From NCBI GenBank assembly GCA_963742265.1, contig CAVULC010000004.1:84733-148732 (forward strand): a stretch of DNA of 64,000 bases. Direction: 5' to 3'. Positions 1 to 10,412 of this stretch are shown one piece after another. The notes below the pieces were generated by a model. That model made no database searches, was not told where the DNA came from, and saw nothing but the letters and a program-made list of their open reading frames with translations. Numbering within the stretch: the stretch's first letter is position 1; each line of letters begins with the position of its first letter. The stretch is from an uncultured Acidobacteriota bacterium (lineage in GTDB: Bacteria; Acidobacteriota; Vicinamibacteria; Vicinamibacterales; 2-12-FULL-66-21). The translations under genes were made by a program, and so were the position numbers.

Positions 1-1
1 C

Positions 2-541
2 GAGGGTACGCACGCCCAGGGTTCGACTTCTCTTCACAATGCGATCTACATCGCCTTGAAGCAATTCGGGCGCGCCGCGAAATCGGACGGCGACGTGCGG
101 CGGCAGGCGATCGCGGTGCTGTCGGACGGCGAGGACACGGCCAGCGTGGTCTCGTTCGAGGATGTTCTCGCGCAGGCGCGGAAGAGCGGCGTCAACATCT
201 ACACGATCGGTTTGCAGTCCGTGGCCGCGCAGATACGGTCGGCGTACGACCGAGGGCGCTACTCGCCGAGCGACTACGCGCTCAAGTCACTCGCCCAGGA
301 GACGGGGGCCGAGGCGTTCTTCCCGAAGAACGTCACCGAGCTCAAGAGCGTCTACGACAACATCGCCAACGAGATCTCATCCCAGTATTCGATCGGCTAT
401 TCGCCGAGCAATTCGGCCGCCGACGGCCGGTTCCGCCGGATCGTTGTGCGGGTGCCGACCAATCCCGCGCTGAAGACACGGGCCCGCTCCGGATATACGG
501 CCGAAGCCCCGCGACGCGTCGGCGTTCTACAGCCGCGGTGA
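2..541 (+). CDS. VWA (von Willebrand factor A) domain protein, acidobacterial type, 5' partial
   Basis: Frame is open from the window start (EGTHAQGSTSLHNAIY...). Motifs AIAVLSDGED, LAQETG and YSIGYSPSN...DGRFRRIVV are typical of this family. Confidence 0.85.
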   Translation, partial: EGTHAQGSTSLHNAIYIALKQFGRAAKSDGDVRRQAIAVLSDGEDTASVVSFEDVLAQARKSGVNIYTIGLQSVAAQIRSAYDRGRYSPSDYALKSLAQETGAEAFFPKNVTELKSVYDNIANEISSQYSIGYSPSNSAADGRFRRIVVRVPTNPALKTRARSGYTAEAPRRVGVLQPR

Positions 542-555
542 AACACACGCCATAA

Positions 556-1035
556 TTGGACGTGTCGCGCCACCTCGCCGCAGCGCTTACTGTTGCGGCG
601 GTTTTCTGGTCCATCGTCATCCTCACTGCGCCGCTCGGCCTCCGCCACCCGGGGTGGAGCGCACCGATCGCTGTCGTTTACACAGCAGCGTCACGGGTCT
701 GTCATCAGAAGACGGAGCGGTCGTTCGCCGTCGCCGGGATCCAGATGCCGGTGTGCGCCCGCTGCGCCGGGCTCTACATATCCGGCGCCGTGGGAGCGCT
801 GATCGGCTGTATTCGACGCGTTCGCGGACCGTTCGCACCGCTTCGGACCATGCTGATCGTCGCGGCTCTGCCGACCGCCCTCACCTTTGCCCTCGAGTTC
901 ATGGGCATCATGCCGTTCTCGAACGCCGCACGTGCCGTTGCCGCATTGCCGCTCGGGGCAGTCGCCGGATGGTCGTTCGTGCAGATGCTGCGCTATGATG
1001 CTCGTTTCGATGGCAAGCAAATCTTCAACGGCTGA
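556..1035 (+). CDS. DUF2085-like membrane protein
   Basis: Hydrophobic helices with the VCHQ..RS and PVCARCAGLY motifs. Confidence 0.75.
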   Translation: MDVSRHLAAALTVAAVFWSIVILTAPLGLRHPGWSAPIAVVYTAASRVCHQKTERSFAVAGIQMPVCARCAGLYISGAVGALIGCIRRVRGPFAPLRTMLIVAALPTALTFALEFMGIMPFSNAARAVAALPLGAVAGWSFVQMLRYDARFDGKQIFNG

Positions 1036-1417
1036 TCGCGTCCGTACGGCGGAGCCTGGAGCGCTGGTGCTCCTCTGCGCCGCATCCTGGCTCGTGCCAG
1101 GCGTCGGACATCTCTGGCAAGGGCGTCGGCAGAAGGGCGTGATCTTCCTGTGCGCCATCCCGATCATGTTCGTCCTCGGCCTGGCGCTTCACGGCACGAT
1201 CTTTCCGTTCCAGTTCTCCGAGCCATTGTCGGGCCTGGCCGCGATTGCGGAGTTCGGCACCGGACTGCCATGGATCTTTGCGCGCATGACCGACAGCGGC
1301 ACCGGCACGGTCACGGCTGCAACCTGGGAATACGGCAATACCTTCATGATCGTCGCCGGTCTGCTCAACGCGCTGATCGTGCTGGACGCGTTCGACATCG
1401 GCATGGGACGGAAATGA
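1010..1417 (+). CDS. DUF6677-like membrane protein
   Basis: ATG at 1010 inside ORF 887-1417. Motifs WLVPGVGHLWQGR and EYGNTFMIVAGLLNAL..DAFD. Confidence 0.7.
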   Translation: MASKSSTADRVRTAEPGALVLLCAASWLVPGVGHLWQGRRQKGVIFLCAIPIMFVLGLALHGTIFPFQFSEPLSGLAAIAEFGTGLPWIFARMTDSGTGTVTAATWEYGNTFMIVAGLLNALIVLDAFDIGMGRK

Positions 1418-1587
1418 GCGATCACTTCCTGCTGCTCGCGCTCTTTGCCTTCTTCGTCTCGCTGGTGTTTGCCGTGTTGCTGCGCGACGAACCTCGCGAT
1501 CAGCTCAAGCTCGGAGGGATGATGTTCGGCGGATTCCTCGCCGCCGGCTTCGTTCTCGGCTGGCTGATGTATCCGCTCCCCTTGTAG
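1414..1587 (+). CDS. small two-TM membrane protein (57 aa)
   Basis: ATGA overlap with the upstream stop. Sequence MSDHFLLLALFAFFVSLVFAVLL...GWLMYPLPL. Confidence 0.7.
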   Translation: MSDHFLLLALFAFFVSLVFAVLLRDEPRDQLKLGGMMFGGFLAAGFVLGWLMYPLPL

Positions 1588-1597
1588 CAAGCGAGCA

Positions 1598-2404
1598 TTG
1601 CCGATGACTGCTGACACCCTGGACCGCCTCGAGAACCTTCTCGTCGAAACGACTGACGGGATCGCGACCGTCACCATCAACCGTCCGAAAGTCCTGAACG
1701 CGCTCAACGCGCAGACACTCGACGAGCTTCGCCGGGTCGTGCTCGCGCTGCGGCGCGACGACAGCGTCCGTTGCGTGATCATCACCGGCGCTGGGGAGAA
1801 ATCGTTCATCGCCGGCGCAGACATCAACGAGCTATCGGTCCAGACGCCGGTCGGCGGACGCGATCACGCGATGCGTGGCCAGCACATCCTCGATCTGATC
1901 GAGAACCTCGGCAAGCCGGTCATCGCTGCGATCAACGGCTTCGCGCTGGGCGGCGGGTGCGAGTTGGCGATGGCCTGCACGCTGCGCATCGCGGCCGATT
2001 CGGCGCGCCTCGGTCAGCCCGAGATCAACCTGGGCATCATCCCCGGATACGCGGGCAGTCAGCGATTGTCACGATTGATCGGACGAGGCCGTGCGATGGA
2101 GCTTCTTCTGACCGGTGACCACGTCACCGCCGCGGAAGCGCATCGTCTGGGTCTCGTCAACCGGGTAGTGCCCGCGGCCGAGTTGATGACCGAGGTGAGA
2201 AAGCTGGCGGCGTCACTTGCGTCCAAGGCGCCAGTCGCGGTTCGCTACATCATTGATGCGGTCAACAAGGGGCTCGAAATGCCGTTCCCCGATGCGCAGG
2301 TATTCGAAGCCACGCTGTTCGGCCTCGTCTCGTCGACCGAAGACATGCGCGAGGGCACGCGCGCCTTTCTCGAGAAGCGCAAACCGGAGTTCAAGGGGAA
2401 GTAG
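1598..2404 (+). CDS. enoyl-CoA hydratase / crotonase family
   Basis: Motifs FIAGADI, GFALGGGCELAMACT and GQPEINLGIIPG. Confidence 0.92.
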   Translation: MPMTADTLDRLENLLVETTDGIATVTINRPKVLNALNAQTLDELRRVVLALRRDDSVRCVIITGAGEKSFIAGADINELSVQTPVGGRDHAMRGQHILDLIENLGKPVIAAINGFALGGGCELAMACTLRIAADSARLGQPEINLGIIPGYAGSQRLSRLIGRGRAMELLLTGDHVTAAEAHRLGLVNRVVPAAELMTEVRKLAASLASKAPVAVRYIIDAVNKGLEMPFPDAQVFEATLFGLVSSTEDMREGTRAFLEKRKPEFKGK

Positions 2405-2405
2405 C

Positions 2406-2936
2406 GTGCGTTCATCCCAGGACGGACCGGCGACGCTGCACTCGGGCGCCGGGTTCCGCTTTGCCATCATCGTGTCCCGGTTCAATTCAGCCATCACTGA
2501 ATCGCTGCGCGCGGCTGCCCGCGCGGCGCTCGAAGAGGCGCAGGTCAGGACGGCGGACGTCGAGGAGTTCAGCGTTCCCGGTGCCTTCGAGTTGCCGCAG
2601 GCGGCGCGCTGCGCGGCGGAGACTGCGCGGTTCGACGCGATCATCGCGCTTGGCTGCGTGATCCGCGGAGAAACACCGCACTTCGAGTACGTCTCCTCGG
2701 CGGCGACCAACGGCATCATGGCGGCCGCGGGCGCCACCGGCGTGCCGATGGCGTTGGGCGTGTTGACGACCGACACCGAAACACAGGCGCTCGCCCGCGC
2801 CGGCGAGGGCCCGGACAACAAGGGGCGCGAGGCGGCCGCGGCAGCGATCGAGATGGCCGCGCTGTTTCGCACACTCGGCCGCCCCCCGGCGCGAACAGCG
2901 ACGCACCCCTTTGGCTTTGGACCGGTCGGGCGGTGA
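2406..2936 (+). CDS. ribH: 6,7-dimethyl-8-ribityllumazine synthase
   Basis: Motifs AIIVSRFN, VPGAFELP, LGCVIRGETPHFEYV and NKGREAA. Lies upstream of nusB. Confidence 0.93.
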   Translation: MRSSQDGPATLHSGAGFRFAIIVSRFNSAITESLRAAARAALEEAQVRTADVEEFSVPGAFELPQAARCAAETARFDAIIALGCVIRGETPHFEYVSSAATNGIMAAAGATGVPMALGVLTTDTETQALARAGEGPDNKGREAAAAAIEMAALFRTLGRPPARTATHPFGFGPVGR

Positions 2937-3370
2937 GCACGCCTGACCCACAGGGCCGCCGGCAGGCGCGGGAGGCCGCGCTGCAGATGCTCTATCAAAG
3001 CGAGATCGGCAAGGCCGGCGCGTTCGAATCGATCGCGACGTACTGGCCGGCGCGCGATGCGGAGGCGCAACTCGAGCCGCCGCTCCAGGAATTCGCCAAC
3101 ACCCTGGTTCGGGGTGCCCTCTCCAGGCGCGAGGAGATCGACGCGCTGCTCGTCGCGCATGCGAACAACTGGCGCGTCGAACGGATGGGCGTGATCGACC
3201 GGCTGGTGCTGCGATTGGGTGTCTACGAGATGCTGGCCGAGGCGGACACGCCGTCCAAGGTGATCATCAACGAGGCGCTCGAACTGGCGCGCACCTACAG
3301 CGGGGAAGAGTCGGTGGGATTCGTCAATGGCGTCCTCGACGCGATCCGGAAGGAACTGAGACGCTCGTGA
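2933..3370 (+). CDS. nusB: transcription antitermination factor NusB
   Basis: Motifs RRQAREAALQMLY, DRLVLRL, VIINEALELA and FVNGVLD. Confidence 0.95.
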   Translation: MSTPDPQGRRQAREAALQMLYQSEIGKAGAFESIATYWPARDAEAQLEPPLQEFANTLVRGALSRREEIDALLVAHANNWRVERMGVIDRLVLRLGVYEMLAEADTPSKVIINEALELARTYSGEESVGFVNGVLDAIRKELRRS

Positions 3371-4875
3371 GCGAAGAGATCAAGGAATCGGACCTCCTGC
3401 GGCAGCGGCGCGCCAATTACGAAGAGCTGCTGAAGCTTGGCGTGGAGCCGTACCCGCGGACCTTCGAACGGACTGACACCATAGACCAGCTCGTGTCCGC
3501 GCATGGCGCCAAGACGAACGAGCAGCTCGAGAACCCGCAGGTCACGACCCGTACCGCCGGCCGGATTCTCGCGATTCGCGCGTTCGGCAAGGCGAACTTC
3601 CTGGTCATCTCCGACGGCAAGGCGAAGATCCAGGTGTACATCCGGCAGGACGCGCTGTCGCCGCGCGACTTCCAGGTCTACAAGCTGCTCGATTTCGGCG
3701 ATTTCGTCGGTGTCGAAGGGCGGCTGTTCCGCACCCGCACGAACGAGTTGACGATCCATGCGTCGCAGCTCGAGTTCCTCGCCAAGTGCTTCATCCCGCT
3801 GCCCGAGAAGTGGCACGGCCTGGCGGATGTCGAGATCCGGTATCGCCAGCGCTATCTCGACCTGATCGTGAACCCGGATTCGCGGCACGTGTTCGAGGTC
3901 CGCAGCCGCACGCTCGCGGCGGTGCGCGGCTTCCTCAACGCACGCGGCTATCTCGAAGTGGAGACGCCGATGATGCAGCCGATCGCCGGCGGCGCCCTCG
4001 CGCGTCCATTTGTGACGCATCACAACACGCTCGACATGCAGCTCTATCTGCGGATTGCGCCGGAGCTGTATCTGAAGCGGCTGACCGTGGGCGGCATCGA
4101 ACGCGTCTACGAGATCAACCGTAACTTCAGGAATGAGGGGATCTCGACGCAGCACAACCCTGAGTTCACGATGCTCGAGTTCTACCAGGCCTACAGCGGA
4201 TACCAAGAGCTGATGACGATGACGGAAGAGATGTTGTCGGCCGTCGCGAAGGAGGCGATCGGCACGGACCAGATCAAGTTCGGCGAGCACGACATCTCGC
4301 TTGCGCCGCCATACCGGCGGGTCTCGCTCCGCGAAGGGGCGCGGGCGAAGGCGTCCGAGAAACTCTCGGTCGAGGTGTCGGATGCCGACTTGCGTAACGC
4401 CGAGAGCGCGGCCGCCGTCGCGAACAGGCTGGGCCTCGACCTGCAGCGCTCGTGGGGCGCAGGCAAGATTGCGACGGAGATCTTCGAGCGTTTGAACGAG
4501 CACGACCTCGTGCAACCGACCTTCGTCTATGACTTCCCGACGGAGGTCTCTCCGTTGTCGAAGCAGAAGCCCGAGGATCCCGAGACGGTCGAACGGTTCG
4601 AGTTGTATATCGGCGGCTTCGAGGTCGCCAACGCGTTCAGTGAGTTGAACGACCCGGCGGAGCAGCGGCGGCGTTTCGAGGCACAGCTCGGGGATCGCGC
4701 CGCCGGAGATCTCGAGGCGCACGCGATGGACGAGGATTACATCCGCGCGCTCGAATACGGGTTGCCGCCGACCGGCGGCGAGGGCGTCGGCATCGACCGG
4801 CTGGTGATGCTGCTGACCAACAGTCCGTCCATCCGCGATGTCATCCTGTTCCCGCTGATGCGGCCCAGACCATGA
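3367..4875 (+). CDS. lysS: lysine--tRNA ligase (class II)
   Basis: Motifs YRQRYLDL, LRIAPELYLKRL, FRNEGI..HNPEFT and GIDRLVM. Confidence 0.97.
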   Translation: MSEEIKESDLLRQRRANYEELLKLGVEPYPRTFERTDTIDQLVSAHGAKTNEQLENPQVTTRTAGRILAIRAFGKANFLVISDGKAKIQVYIRQDALSPRDFQVYKLLDFGDFVGVEGRLFRTRTNELTIHASQLEFLAKCFIPLPEKWHGLADVEIRYRQRYLDLIVNPDSRHVFEVRSRTLAAVRGFLNARGYLEVETPMMQPIAGGALARPFVTHHNTLDMQLYLRIAPELYLKRLTVGGIERVYEINRNFRNEGISTQHNPEFTMLEFYQAYSGYQELMTMTEEMLSAVAKEAIGTDQIKFGEHDISLAPPYRRVSLREGARAKASEKLSVEVSDADLRNAESAAAVANRLGLDLQRSWGAGKIATEIFERLNEHDLVQPTFVYDFPTEVSPLSKQKPEDPETVERFELYIGGFEVANAFSELNDPAEQRRRFEAQLGDRAAGDLEAHAMDEDYIRALEYGLPPTGGEGVGIDRLVMLLTNSPSIRDVILFPLMRPRP

Positions 4876-4956
4876 ACTCCAAACGTCAAACGCCAAACTC
4901 CCAAAGTACCCTGGACGTCATCTCCTTTGGAGGTTGGCGTTTGGAGTGTGGCGTTT
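4875..4956. repeat. inverted pair of heptamer arrays, (AACKCCA)x4 and its complement, forming a hairpin
   Basis: Left arm 4875-4906 is AACTCCA AACGTCA AACGCCA AACTCCC AAAG. The reverse complement of the right arm (4925-4956) is A AACGCCA CACTCCA AACGCCA ACCTCC AAAG. Confidence 0.85.
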
Positions 4957-4960
4957 AGCA

Positions 4961-6187
4961 GTGGATCTCCCCTACGAACTGTTCATTGCGGTCCGATACC
5001 TGCTGGCGCGGCGGAAGCAGGCCTTCATCTCCCTCATCTCCCTGATCTCCATCCTCGGCGTGATGGTTGGCGTCATGGCTCTCCTGATCGCGCTTGCCCT
5101 GATGACCGGCCTCCAGGGAGAACTGCGCGATCGCATTGTCGGTTCGGCCGCGCACGTCTACGTGTTCAAAGCGGGGGGCATCGACGACTACGAGTCGGAA
5201 ATCACCAAGCTCAAACAGCTGCCGCACGTGCTCGGCGCGGCGCCCGTGGCGCTCGGGCAGGCGATGGTGACTGGCCCGTCGAGCGAACAGTTCATTACCT
5301 TGAAGGGCATCGTTCCCGCTCTCGAGCCGGACGTCACGCGAATCGCGAAGTCGATGCAGAAGGGCAGCCTCTCGGCTCTCGAGACACCGGCGGGCTCGCT
5401 GCCCGGGATCGTGATCGGCGTTCAACTCGCGACCAAACTCGGCGCATTCGTTGGCGACACGATCCAGGTGATGACGCCCCAGGGCACGCTGACGCCAGGA
5501 GGCATGAGTTTCGCCCCGAAGCGCTTCAAGGTGGTTGGCCTCTTCACCCTCGGTCTGCTGGAATTCGACGAGGCTTACGGGTTCGTGACCATGGAAGTCG
5601 CTGAACGCATGCTCGGCAAGAACAAGCCGGATTACATCCAGCTCCGCGTCGACGATCTATGGAAGGCGCAGGCGGTCGCTGACTCCGTGACCGAGCGGCT
5701 CGGATCCGAATACATGCCGCAGGATTGGGCTGACATGAACAAGGCGCTGTTCTCCGCGCTGGCGCTGGAGAAGCTGGCCATCTCGGTGACGATCGGCTTG
5801 ATCGTCATGGTGGCGGCGCTCAATATCGTCGCCTCACTCGTCCTTCTCGTCATGGAGAAGAGTCGCGACATCGCGATCCTGAAGACGATGGGGAGTTCGG
5901 CGGCGAGCATTCGCAGGATCTTTGTCTTCCAGGGGCTGGTGATCGGGTTTATTGGAACCCTCGGCGGCGCCGTGTTTGGCGGGATCACCATTTTTCTCGC
6001 CGACCGTTACAAGCTCGTGCGCGTGCCGGTGGACGTCTACCAGATTTCCTACGTGCCCTTCCGCCTCGAGCCGCTGGATTTCCTCGTGGTGATCGTCTCG
6101 GCCATCCTGATCTGCTTCGTCGCAACGATCTATCCTTCACGCCAGGCATCGAAGCTCGACCCAGCGCAGGCCTTGCGGTATCAATGA
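4961..6187 (+). CDS. lolE: lipoprotein-releasing ABC permease LolC/E
   Basis: Motifs FIAVRYLLARRK..FISLISLISILGV and VAALNIVASL..LVMEK.RDIAILKTMG. Followed by lolD. Confidence 0.88.
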   Translation: MDLPYELFIAVRYLLARRKQAFISLISLISILGVMVGVMALLIALALMTGLQGELRDRIVGSAAHVYVFKAGGIDDYESEITKLKQLPHVLGAAPVALGQAMVTGPSSEQFITLKGIVPALEPDVTRIAKSMQKGSLSALETPAGSLPGIVIGVQLATKLGAFVGDTIQVMTPQGTLTPGGMSFAPKRFKVVGLFTLGLLEFDEAYGFVTMEVAERMLGKNKPDYIQLRVDDLWKAQAVADSVTERLGSEYMPQDWADMNKALFSALALEKLAISVTIGLIVMVAALNIVASLVLLVMEKSRDIAILKTMGSSAASIRRIFVFQGLVIGFIGTLGGAVFGGITIFLADRYKLVRVPVDVYQISYVPFRLEPLDFLVVIVSAILICFVATIYPSRQASKLDPAQALRYQ

Positions 6188-6861
6188 CGCCGCTGCTCGA
6201 AGCGATCGCGGTTCACAAGAGCTATGCGGTGGGCACGGCGATGCTGCCGGTGCTGAAGGGACTCGACGTGTCACTCGAGAAGGGTGAGATGGTCGCCGTC
6301 GTTGGCGCATCGGGCGTGGGCAAGAGCACGCTGCTGCACGTACTCGGTGGGCTGGACCCGGCCGACGAGGGATCGGTGCGGGTGGGAGACACGGATGTCA
6401 CGACGTTGCCGGACGCGCAGGTGGTCGCGTTCCGGAATGCGCATGTCGGGTTCGTGTTCCAGTTCCATCACCTGCTGCCGGAATTCACGGCCTTGGAAAA
6501 TGCGGAGATGCCGATGCGCATCGCCCGGCGGCCGGCGTCGGAACGACGTCAGCGCGCAATGGAATTACTCCGGCGAGTCGGCTTGGGCGAACGCCTGGAG
6601 CATCGCCCCGGGATGCTGTCTGGAGGTGAGCAGCAGCGCGTCGCGATCGCCCGCGCGCTGGTGATGGATCCGCTGATCCTGCTCGCCGACGAACCGACCG
6701 GGGACCTCGACGAACATACCGCCGAATCGCTTCACGAGCTGCTGAGAGAGATGCACCGCGAGCGCGGCCTGACGTCGCTGATCGCGACGCACAACCCGCG
6801 ACTGGCCGCTGCCTGCGATCGCGTGTTGAGGTTGGCGGATGGAAGACTGACGCCCGCCTAG
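6184..6861 (+). CDS. lolD: lipoprotein-releasing ABC ATPase
   Basis: Walker A GASGVGKS, LolD motif [18 protein letters not shown], signature LSGGEQQR. Confidence 0.92.
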   Translation: MTPLLEAIAVHKSYAVGTAMLPVLKGLDVSLEKGEMVAVVGASGVGKSTLLHVLGGLDPADEGSVRVGDTDVTTLPDAQVVAFRNAHVGFVFQFHHLLPEFTALENAEMPMRIARRPASERRQRAMELLRRVGLGERLEHRPGMLSGGEQQRVAIARALVMDPLILLADEPTGDLDEHTAESLHELLREMHRERGLTSLIATHNPRLAAACDRVLRLADGRLTPA

Positions 6862-6894
6862 ACCGCTCGCAGGCCGCACGCGCTGACGGCTATT

Positions 6895-7017
6895 CACAAC
6901 GACACTGCGACACACGACGCCACGACGGTCGAACAGCCTGAAGACGGTGGGTGAAGGGCTTCGCATCCTAAGCTGTTGAAAGGTTGCGTGGTGTCGTTGT
7001 GTCGTCGTGTCGTTGTG
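6895..7017. repeat. inverted pair of octamer arrays, (CACRACGA)x4, forming a ~123-nt hairpin between convergent genes
   Basis: Left arm CACAACGA CACTGCGA CACACGA CGCCACGA. Reverse complement of the right arm CACAACGA CACGACGA CACAACGA CACCACGC. Inner stem AACAGC/GCTGTT. Confidence 0.85.
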
Positions 7018-7052
7018 CTGAGCCGTCGGCCCGCTTTCCGCGAACGGCGGAG

Positions 7053-7739
7053 TTACTTGGCCACCGTAAACGGCGCAGTCGCGATCACCGTGTCCCACAT
7101 GATCGCGAGCTTCCCACCCTCGCTCTTCATGTCGACAAAATTCCAGGTGAGCTCGTCGAACGACACCGGGAGCTTGCCCATCGTCATGGCGACGCGGGCG
7201 ACGTCCTTGTCGGGCGTGTAGTTGAACGATCCCCACAGCGCGTCAGGCGTCGTGTCTCCACCGGACTTCTTTGCAGCCCACGAGGACACGATCAGCGTCC
7301 AGTCGGCAGGGGATTTCGTGTCGATGAACAGGCTGTACTCACCAGCCGGGACGGTCTTGCCGCCGATCATCAACGGCACCTCGGTGTTCAGTCGAGTCGA
7401 GACGTTGGCGCCGGCGCGCCAGACCTTGGCGCCGTTGATCAGCAACCCCTTGGCGTAATCGGCGCCAGAGCCCCAGACGTCGCGGCCACGCATGATCGGG
7501 CGGCTGTAGGTGATCTCGATCCATTTGCCGTTCTGGTAGACGTCACCACCGCGGGCGTTCTTGCCCCAGGTGCCGGCGACCTGCGTGGCGGACGTGCCCG
7601 CGGGGCTGGCCGGACGGGCCGCAGGCTGCGCCGGCGCCTGTGCCGCTCCAGCGGGCTGCGCCGGCGTCGGAGTCTGTCCGATAACTACCACAGCGCTGCA
7701 GGCGAGGGCCACGGCAGCGCTCAGGAACACATGCTTCAT
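7053..7739 (-). CDS. DUF2911 domain secreted protein
   Basis: Signal peptide MKHVFLSAAVALAC, Pro/Ala linker, then ASP.G, IEITYSRP.MRGR, VWRAGAN.ST and VPAGEYSLF. Confidence 0.85.
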   Translation of the reverse strand: MKHVFLSAAVALACSAVVVIGQTPTPAQPAGAAQAPAQPAARPASPAGTSATQVAGTWGKNARGGDVYQNGKWIEITYSRPIMRGRDVWGSGADYAKGLLINGAKVWRAGANVSTRLNTEVPLMIGGKTVPAGEYSLFIDTKSPADWTLIVSSWAAKKSGGDTTPDALWGSFNYTPDKDVARVAMTMGKLPVSFDELTWNFVDMKSEGGKLAIMWDTVIATAPFTVAK

Positions 7740-7847
7740 GGGAAACGATCCTCCTGGCCGACAGTATGCCTCAGCAAAGGGGGAAAAAGATGGGACCAGC
7801 GACACGCTGGGACCGTCTAACCCATTGGTAATGAAGATGATTTGCCG

Positions 7848-7853
7848 TATAAT
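7848..7853 (+). promoter_or_regulatory. sigma70 -10 box for clpC
   Basis: Perfect TATAAT in an AT-rich divergent intergenic region, 42 nt before the ATG. Confidence 0.55.
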
Positions 7854-7895
7854 CGGCCGAGAAAGCCCCTCCATACACACAACAGGTAACACCGG

Positions 7896-10334
<2,439 letters not shown>

Positions 10335-10365
10335 CGCGTCTAAATTCCAGTAAACTGATGGATTA

Positions 10366-10398
10366 GGAGTCAGGGGCTTCTGCCCCCTGACTCCGTTT
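10366..10398 (+). terminator. GC-rich hairpin after clpC (terminator or bamA leader stem)
   Basis: GGAGTCAGGGG-7nt-CCCCTGACTCC perfect 11-bp stem followed by GTTT. Confidence 0.55.
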
Positions 10399-10412
10399 GA
10401 CGCTTCCACACC

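Noticed and set aside
3295-4896. Long antisense ORFs (also 7740-8729, 18106-19557, 31170-32849, 38003-39385, 41871-43625)
   Set aside because: Shadow ORFs expected opposite high-GC3 genes, with no recognisable domains.
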